Positions 58,701-64,000 of a stretch of 64,000 nucleotides of DNA are shown here, one piece after another. The notes below the pieces were generated by a model, which did no database searches, was not told the DNA's origin, and saw only the letters and a program-made list of their open reading frames with translations. This stretch comes from Epithemia pelagica. Its lineage: Eukaryota > Protista > Bacillariophyta. Position 1 is the first letter of the stretch, and each line of letters starts with the position of its first letter. The translations under genes and the position numbers were made by a program. Location: positions 2,108,001 through 2,172,000 of the forward strand of contig OX337228.1 in NCBI GenBank assembly GCA_946965045.2, read 5' to 3'.

Positions 58701-60895
58701 ACTTTTTGACCGATCGCAATGTCATGACCGACACGTCGAGTCCATGGGGAACACGCATGCCCTTGCCGCACTTTTCCAAATCCATGGTCTTGTATGCACT
58801 TCCCTTGGACGACCACCGTGACAAAGAGGGCAACTCTCCATTGCCAATGGGACGGTTCTCGAGTGGTGGAGCCATGGAAGTCATGGTCGATCGTATTGCG
58901 GCCTGGGATGAGCAACAGGGATCGCAAGAGAAGGACGACCAAGTCGACGAATCCCTCAAGAATACTGACAAGGATGACGACAAGGACACAACCAAAGAGG
59001 AAGAGGACGAAGAAGCGGAAATCGTCTTTCCAAATGATGTGGATATTGAGTTTGGTGATAAGGATTTGTCCTTGGCCAGAACTGCCTATCGCGTTGTGCA
59101 CATTCCCAAAGATAGATATATCAGTCTGCTTTCGCAAACGTCGGACGGAAGCTTTGTCTTTGTGTCGACCAACGAACAAAAACAGGTACTGCTAAAAATT
59201 TTTGCCGCCAAGGACTATCCCTCGGACGCCTTTGAAGATGCGAAGTCGGTACCCATGACTTCCATGATTGCTTTTGGGCTCAGTACTTGTGGCAAGTGGG
59301 TGATTTTGGTTCACAAAGATGGAGAACTCCAGGTGGTTTCCAATACGCTTTCGGGAATCACGGCAGCAGCTCAAGACAAGGAATTGGACAAGGTTGCGTC
59401 CGATGATGTGGTCATGTCAGTATGGCCTCAACTGGAATATCAACAAATGTACAGTGATGCTTGGAGAATGTTACGTGACTATTTTTATGATGCCGATATG
59501 CACAAGGTGAACTGGGAAGACATCCATAAACGGTATGCGCCCTTAGTAGCACGGGTGAAGAAACGAGAAGATTTGGATGACATTTTGGGACAAATGGCTT
59601 CCGAATTGAGTGCCCTCCATGTGTTTGTTAGCGGTGGTGAATACAGCTCACCCTTCAAAGACGACCGAATCTTGGTGTCAGCGCACGAACCCGCTAGTTT
59701 GGGTGCTACGCTTCAACGTAGTGCGGAGTGGAACGGCTATCTCATCACGGAAATTGCCCATCGTGATCCCGATTATAACATGGTCGAAAGCCATGCAGTG
59801 TACTCGCCCTTGTCTGATCAAGCCCTCAGACCCTCGGGGCAGAAAGGATTACAGGTGGGAGATGTTATTGTAGGCGTGAATGGAGAAAGCGCCTTTTGGG
59901 GCGTACCCGATGTACACATGTTGTTGCGTGGCCAAGCAGGGTGGACGGTTCGATTGGAAGTTCTTCGTCTTGCGTCAGGAACGGCAACTTCCGACGTAGC
60001 TCCAGAGACGGTCATATCGGAACCGGTCGTAGTGGTCCCAATCACACAAGCGGCGGCTTCAGATCTGCGCTACAACGCCTGGGAATACCAGACTCGTCAA
60101 AAGGCCAAGAATATGGCTGAGAGTTATGGATTTTCGGTTGCATACATTCATTTACGGAGCATGTCGAGAGAGGACATGGACGCGTTTGCCAGGTCTTATT
60201 TCGAAGATTACAACAAGGACGCCATGATTCTAGACCTGAGACATAATCGTGGAGGGAACATTGACTCTTGGATCAGTTCTGTCCTGCAACGGAAGCCAGT
60301 TTACTACTTTGGTGATCGTTTCAATAAACGTCCGTCTGGCAGAGATATGGACTGGAATCAGCACTTTGCCTTTAATGGCATGATTATAGTCGTGCTGATT
60401 GATGAGAAAACATCCAGTGATGGCGAAGGTTTGGCTCGTGTCATTTCCGAACTTGAACTGGGATTTCTCATTGGCAAAAGAACGTGGGGAGGCGGCATTT
60501 GGCTATCGCAAGACAACCGGTTAGTGGATGGTGGCATTGCCTCAGCTCCGGAAGATGGCGTGTATGATGAAAAATGGGGTTGGGGCTTGGGAATTGGTAA
60601 GTGTGTTTCTGCGTTTTGTTTCGAGTACCACGGGATAGTTCTCGTTGCAGACACAGTATGTTTCTCATTTCATGTGGGCTTGTTTCTATCATTTCCAGAA
60701 CAACAAGGCGTGATGCCCGACTTGGAGGTTGACAACAATCCTCGTATATGGTTTGATGGAAAGGACACTCAGCTCGAACGTGCCATTGAAAAGATTCAAC
60801 AAGAATGGCAAAAGATTGGTAGTCAAAATCCCAATCCGCCACTTCCACCTGATAAGCCGGACATGTCCCTAAAGAACGAACAGTGTCAATCATAA
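55790..60895 (+). CDS. Tricorn protease homolog (peptidase S41B) with N-terminal TM anchor (2 exons)
   Basis: LVFVAEGDLY, FLSDR, WSPGGRYLA propeller motifs; QMYSDAWRMLRDYFYD; ELSALH (His); PDZ VGDVIVGVNG; YIHL; LDLRHNRGGN; SSDGE (catalytic Ser); GKRTWGG; GVMPDLEV; GKDTQLERAI. Intron 60597-60698. Confidence 0.92.
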   Translation: MTTKPQYSSVQQHDDDQDQEEPNPMFHDDDDDDEEDPLAANSQHRDKQQHPRPRQHSNHHNNNNNNQVVYLLWVVLITLVGAILVGLLLVRRGASNSSIKDATHNDNDNNDPLVGLTHTTSGSSSSSSSYVVSHTSQPLPWDPLNLNHNNKKNEWALPQSPLPWMDHSGTHPEDNNDDDEDEPGGAYLIQPHIVNDTLVFVAEGDLYMTRLLDTTTSTTVTMSAAWKLTTTVGNVRTPRWHPTLPLVAYTATYTAHRQVYLTDFRSTSNSSPRQYQLTYWNGPGVWDVVGWKTDDTLLVAAPSQAVSLPDTRLYEITLSSSSSSSSLLFEEGAGKTLSASPTTTTPLQITPIPLAQAIDGVYYPPSSSSTTTSTKNQEDHKNHQDCLVFTRVQQSSHTIRYVGGTAESLWLYCHGQDQALALTHDYNGTSKHAQFYRLPNDPEDEDTRMWDFVLFLSDRSWNSETASWYPTTMNLWALPLSTTGGLEAYYDHPSPPESPQYSDQGAAVDVSAMTRPIALTQISCDLNGQSLQEYSVDAVTGRIVLRVGADLYTLSAHQMAPRLRYAARQVVNNNNNDDKNPGTTDTASLPPLVPPTRLSISVFSDFHETHERLIPLQMHKHFEFADVIVMGDSEDAIPPAALLTVRGQAWMTPRLSSSSSSPTPYQGGGQNLPGRTYRLAPSSLTGGSLRVLVAKTIPPPQSFSSHKSSRTRWAVILATNPKSPTAELAFYVLPSHPGAPNSFSTPSQPPPLLEEGLGSIYAESVVVSPCGRRLAWADTNGRICVMNLPLVYQEDWAETNTNSTTNESGFNRTNNSNKSSNSNLYTVLPSHNEYGEPMVASHDLTLTWSPGGRYLAVNHLAQNQFFVITLVDCGLAPSPQSSTTTTTRSNTTTTRTVTTTEARRMTLGRAVQVTPSRFNSVGCYFGSTRADTKLDQYRQQWMEQQAKDKDTPNDDDNNKDTSSSPSYSTLYFLTDRNVMTDTSSPWGTRMPLPHFSKSMVLYALPLDDHRDKEGNSPLPMGRFSSGGAMEVMVDRIAAWDEQQGSQEKDDQVDESLKNTDKDDDKDTTKEEEDEEAEIVFPNDVDIEFGDKDLSLARTAYRVVHIPKDRYISLLSQTSDGSFVFVSTNEQKQVLLKIFAAKDYPSDAFEDAKSVPMTSMIAFGLSTCGKWVILVHKDGELQVVSNTLSGITAAAQDKELDKVASDDVVMSVWPQLEYQQMYSDAWRMLRDYFYDADMHKVNWEDIHKRYAPLVARVKKREDLDDILGQMASELSALHVFVSGGEYSSPFKDDRILVSAHEPASLGATLQRSAEWNGYLITEIAHRDPDYNMVESHAVYSPLSDQALRPSGQKGLQVGDVIVGVNGESAFWGVPDVHMLLRGQAGWTVRLEVLRLASGTATSDVAPETVISEPVVVVPITQAAASDLRYNAWEYQTRQKAKNMAESYGFSVAYIHLRSMSREDMDAFARSYFEDYNKDAMILDLRHNRGGNIDSWISSVLQRKPVYYFGDRFNKRPSGRDMDWNQHFAFNGMIIVVLIDEKTSSDGEGLARVISELELGFLIGKRTWGGGIWLSQDNRLVDGGIASAPEDGVYDEKWGWGLGIGKCVSAFCFEYHGIVLVADTVCFSFHVGLFLSFPEQQGVMPDLEVDNNPRIWFDGKDTQLERAIEKIQQEWQKIGSQNPNPPLPPDKPDMSLKNEQCQS

Positions 60896-60979
60896 TGATT
60901 GGAAATTCAAGTTGGAGCGTGAGTGGTGATATGAAAGTATCGGGTTTGGAAATTTAACGTAAAATTTTGGCTAGGTGTG

Positions 60980-62548
60980 TTAGATCGACGTGTGTTGTTT
61001 GCTTTCATCATCACCCACATGACTCAAGAGCCGATCTAATCTGCGGTTGTAGGGTGCGAAAAACTCGTTCAACCACCTCTTGAATTGGGGAGAAATTTTA
61101 TGCGTTGTGTATTGCGTAACCATGGCCCTTTCTGTTTGCTCGAATTCGGGCATGGCTGAGAGACCTAGCCATTCCAAGATGTCATTGGTCGTATTGGGAG
61201 TCTCCTTGAGAGCATTGCTCCACACAATCTTCATATCACGAGCTGGATCTTTGTTTGCCAATCGTAGATTACGATACCAATCTTCGAGTTGCAACGCATA
61301 GAGGGACCTCGCCACGGGGCGATCGCCCAAACCGACATGGACCGTTCGTTGGTACTTATGCCATGCTTCCAGCTCCGCGGAACTTCCCATGTACTGGGGA
61401 ATTTCCTTCAGATTTTGAGGCAGCACCCCTGCTTGTTGCAACAAGTGGATATCGTGCTGGACCCACGTCTCGAACGGTGGAAGTTTATAATTTGCGCGCA
61501 GTGGATCGCGGAGAAAGTTGTAATGAGAAAACAAACGATCGACAGGATCCCGTAGAATAACAATCATCTTGACCCATGGTATGGTGCACAAAATAGCTTG
61601 TGACGAATACTCGGAGTATAAGAGATAATCGGGTGTGGCTTCTCCCGTTATGACGGATGGGTTTCGTATGATCCTGGATACAGGGAATGCTGGAAACAGC
61701 ATGGTTCGCGCCGCCTCCACTTGCACTGGACTACCGATCGTCGTCTGCTCCTTCCAATGAGGAAATCTCATGGGAATAAAGTAGAGGAGTTCTTTGTGTG
61801 GACCAATCATGATTTGTGGGTGATGGGACAATGTCTGAAAGAGAGCTGTTGTTCCTCCCTTCTTGGCTCCGAGAATCAAGAAACCTGGCGTACGTCGTTG
61901 CCACTCTGTCGGTGTCTGCCAATTCTCCACATTTGTCAAGTTACAGTGTTGCCGAATGTACGGTGGAATAGCATAGTCATGGCTGCCAGTGTCGGGAGAG
62001 TTGGAGACTGATGCTTGGCCCATTGGCGAGTACTTTGTGCTTGCCCAACGAATCGGACCCCGTGTAAAATTCTGGTGATTCCACGGTGGTTGATGAAAGG
62101 GCTCCGCCATCCATTGGTTCATGGATCTTCTCCTCATTCTCCATTTCCGTGCTCTATCAAGATTTGGAGAGTCGGGAGATGGAAGAGTCTTTGGCCTGTG
62201 GATGGTATGTTCCTCTTTTCTTCGGTCGGCCTCCAAATCCACCCAATCTTGTGATCCTTTGACTGTCGAAATAGTCGTGGTGGCAGATACAGAAGAATTT
62301 GCGGTGACGGGGAGGTTGTCAGCAAAGGAAGACTGATCCGCAACAAGCTTGAGTGTTCGAACATCCAATCCCATGGTCGTGGAGTCCACCAGAAGGGACT
62401 CCAGAAGAATCAGGCGTAGTACGCCAACGAAAAACGATAAAGCCATGATGGGCACAAGAATACGACGCATTCCTCTGCTGTCCGCTTGGGTACACGAGTC
62501 GAACGAGAGGAAGCGAAGCTTGTGTTTTCTGTTCCATTGGATGGTCAT
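60980..62548 (-). CDS. Type II membrane sulfotransferase (heparan 3-O-sulfotransferase-like family)
   Basis: 5'-PSB loop ILGAKKGGTTAL, EATPDYL, 3'-PB ILRDPVDRLFSHY, FFAPYNRRL. N-terminal TM helix. Start uncertain. Confidence 0.85.
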   Translation of the reverse strand: MTIQWNRKHKLRFLSFDSCTQADSRGMRRILVPIMALSFFVGVLRLILLESLLVDSTTMGLDVRTLKLVADQSSFADNLPVTANSSVSATTTISTVKGSQDWVDLEADRRKEEHTIHRPKTLPSPDSPNLDRARKWRMRRRSMNQWMAEPFHQPPWNHQNFTRGPIRWASTKYSPMGQASVSNSPDTGSHDYAIPPYIRQHCNLTNVENWQTPTEWQRRTPGFLILGAKKGGTTALFQTLSHHPQIMIGPHKELLYFIPMRFPHWKEQTTIGSPVQVEAARTMLFPAFPVSRIIRNPSVITGEATPDYLLYSEYSSQAILCTIPWVKMIVILRDPVDRLFSHYNFLRDPLRANYKLPPFETWVQHDIHLLQQAGVLPQNLKEIPQYMGSSAELEAWHKYQRTVHVGLGDRPVARSLYALQLEDWYRNLRLANKDPARDMKIVWSNALKETPNTTNDILEWLGLSAMPEFEQTERAMVTQYTTHKISPQFKRWLNEFFAPYNRRLDRLLSHVGDDESKQHTSI

Positions 62549-62869
62549 GGTAAAAGGAGCACGCTGGTCCACTAATGAATGAACAACTGTCCCAGGGGAG
62601 AGAGGCAAGAGGTGCGCGTCCGGATCTTGGTCTGTGCGCGTGGTGGGCACTTCCGAATGCGCGTGGACCGTTGAATGAAGTGCGCCGTCCTCAAGCACTC
62701 ACACGACAAGATAGCTTAGGTAGCGAAAACTAGAGGAATAGCCAAAGTAACAAGTAATGTCATTGTCCACCAGAAAAGAAGAGACAAAAGGGAAAAGGAC
62801 TACTATACCTTTGTTTAACAGGATATATGCTTCCCCATCTCATCGCATCGCTAAAGAGAATGGCACTTC

Positions 62870-64000
62870 CTAAAAGAGAGAACGCAACCACTTCTTGGAC
62901 GACATTGTCAAACGCATGATGAACTCCTCGTCTCTCGGCGCTGTGCTTTTCACATGACCCATGGGGAAATAGAGCGACGCGAACTGACCGACCATGGGGA
63001 AGACAGACATGGGTTCGTCAACTCGTGCCACCTGAAAGACAACTAAGGAGTCCTTCCCCGTACCACCATTGTCAGCTACTCGATGTTGCAGTTCTTGTTC
63101 CGTTTCCACAACATATGACAACTTGTGCTTGTCACAGATGCTCTTCATGGCAGAGTTACCCGGTGGCAGCGACAGTTGAAGCTGATCACGAGCTGACGAA
63201 GCATGAAATAGGATCGAGATGGGAGCGCAAGCATCCCATGTTGTACTGTCCGAACCACACCGCACGATCGTTGTGGTTTGCAAAGGCGGACGTTGAATAC
63301 CCCACAAAACGGTGCGGGCCTGGTCAGTCAACCTCACTTCTTTTGGATTGCAAACATCAACGTTTCGCAAATACTCAACCAGTAAGCAACAATAGCCACG
63401 AATCTCTTCACTCTGCACTTCTTCCACCAGATTTGCAGACGATTTGATCCATGTGGTCCCAACCGATTGTTGACGCAAAAAGTCGGATTGGTATGTGGTA
63501 TCATAGGACGGGTTCGAGCTGGGTACATAAACGGGAAACTTGGTATATTTGGCCATTTCATTACGTGGTGGAACTTCCCCAAAGATTTCGCCTTCTTGAG
63601 GACGAGCCTGGCAAGTCAAAGCAGGAGGGAAAAGTTTAGGTAATGGATTGGTAGGAATCACGTCACTATTACGTCCGCCCACTGTATAAACAGCCAACGC
63701 TGTTCGATCAAAGAGACGACGAAGATTTTTGTACGAGTCGACCATATTTCCATTAATGGCCAAGGAAATGGGCTGCGTTTGATTCAACCAATGAGCCAAC
63801 TTGTCCACTGTCGCGTAGTCCCATGGATCGGTTTCAAGCTTGGTGTAGTCCACAACAACTTTGCGCCAATATTCGGGCAACCCATTCTTGCCTTCCTCTG
63901 TCGTTGGTTCTGGTAATTTGTCGTTGAGCTTCCAGTAGGAGTGAGATTTTTCGTCGAATATGTACCCAGCTGATTCCGGAGGACCTTTCGAATCTGTATT
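62870..64000 (-). CDS. Uncharacterised protein, 5' end outside the window
   Basis: The reading frame is open from the window edge (NTDSKGPPESAGYIF...) to the stop at 62870. No recognised motif. Confidence 0.6.
   Translation of the reverse strand, partial: NTDSKGPPESAGYIFDEKSHSYWKLNDKLPEPTTEEGKNGLPEYWRKVVVDYTKLETDPWDYATVDKLAHWLNQTQPISLAINGNMVDSYKNLRRLFDRTALAVYTVGGRNSDVIPTNPLPKLFPPALTCQARPQEGEIFGEVPPRNEMAKYTKFPVYVPSSNPSYDTTYQSDFLRQQSVGTTWIKSSANLVEEVQSEEIRGYCCLLVEYLRNVDVCNPKEVRLTDQARTVLWGIQRPPLQTTTIVRCGSDSTTWDACAPISILFHASSARDQLQLSLPPGNSAMKSICDKHKLSYVVETEQELQHRVADNGGTGKDSLVVFQVARVDEPMSVFPMVGQFASLYFPMGHVKSTAPRDEEFIMRLTMSSKKWLRSLF

Noticed and set aside
60597-60698. 34-aa hydrophobic insertion in the tricorn catalytic domain
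   Set aside because: It is a stop-free 102-nt GT-AG intron; removing it restores GIEQQGVMPD.
1-64000. rRNA, tRNA and telomeric repeats
   Set aside because: No cloverleaf, rRNA signature or telomere array was seen by eye; tRNAscan-SE and Infernal would be needed to exclude small RNAs.

Overview
Gene-dense, intron-containing eukaryotic nuclear DNA. Introns are mostly ~60-100 nt GT-AG. Gene content (FEA1-type proteins, CoDi-like copia, stramenopile Myb-like family) points to a diatom; this is an inference. About 21 host genes are present: Ndc1-like membrane protein, FEX fluoride exporter, MCM8, IQ-motif protein, monoglyceride-lipase-like hydrolase, Asp/Asn beta-hydroxylase-like protein, ethanolamine-phosphate cytidylyltransferase, Myb-like factor, three FEA1-family paralogs, FAM173-like methyltransferase, MFSD13A-like transporter, Tudor protein, SNAP25-like SNARE, tricorn protease, a sulfotransferase and several unknowns. 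There is also an alpha-tubulin pseudogene. Three mobile elements carry most of the novelty. (1) A decayed Ty1/copia element (27684-34465, TSD AAGGA). Its 110-bp LTR core lacks the terminal T/A at both inner ends but has them at both outer ends, which suggests non-templated A addition builds the CA ends. Its PBS matches the anticodon arm of a tRNA-Asn (half-tRNA priming). (2) A 743-bp TIR element with a 10-bp TSD nested in the 5' LTR, whose TIR hairpins show compensatory changes. (3) A near-intact 9.7-kb tyrosine-recombinase (DIRS-order) retrotransposon with split direct repeats A1-B1-A2-B2. Its gag-like ORF runs through a UGA-CGG codon into a degenerate C5-cytosine-methyltransferase-like domain, then RT/RNaseH/MT-like, with an overlapping YR ORF. 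No rRNA, tRNA or CRISPR array was seen. All family calls come from motif recognition by eye; no database search was run.
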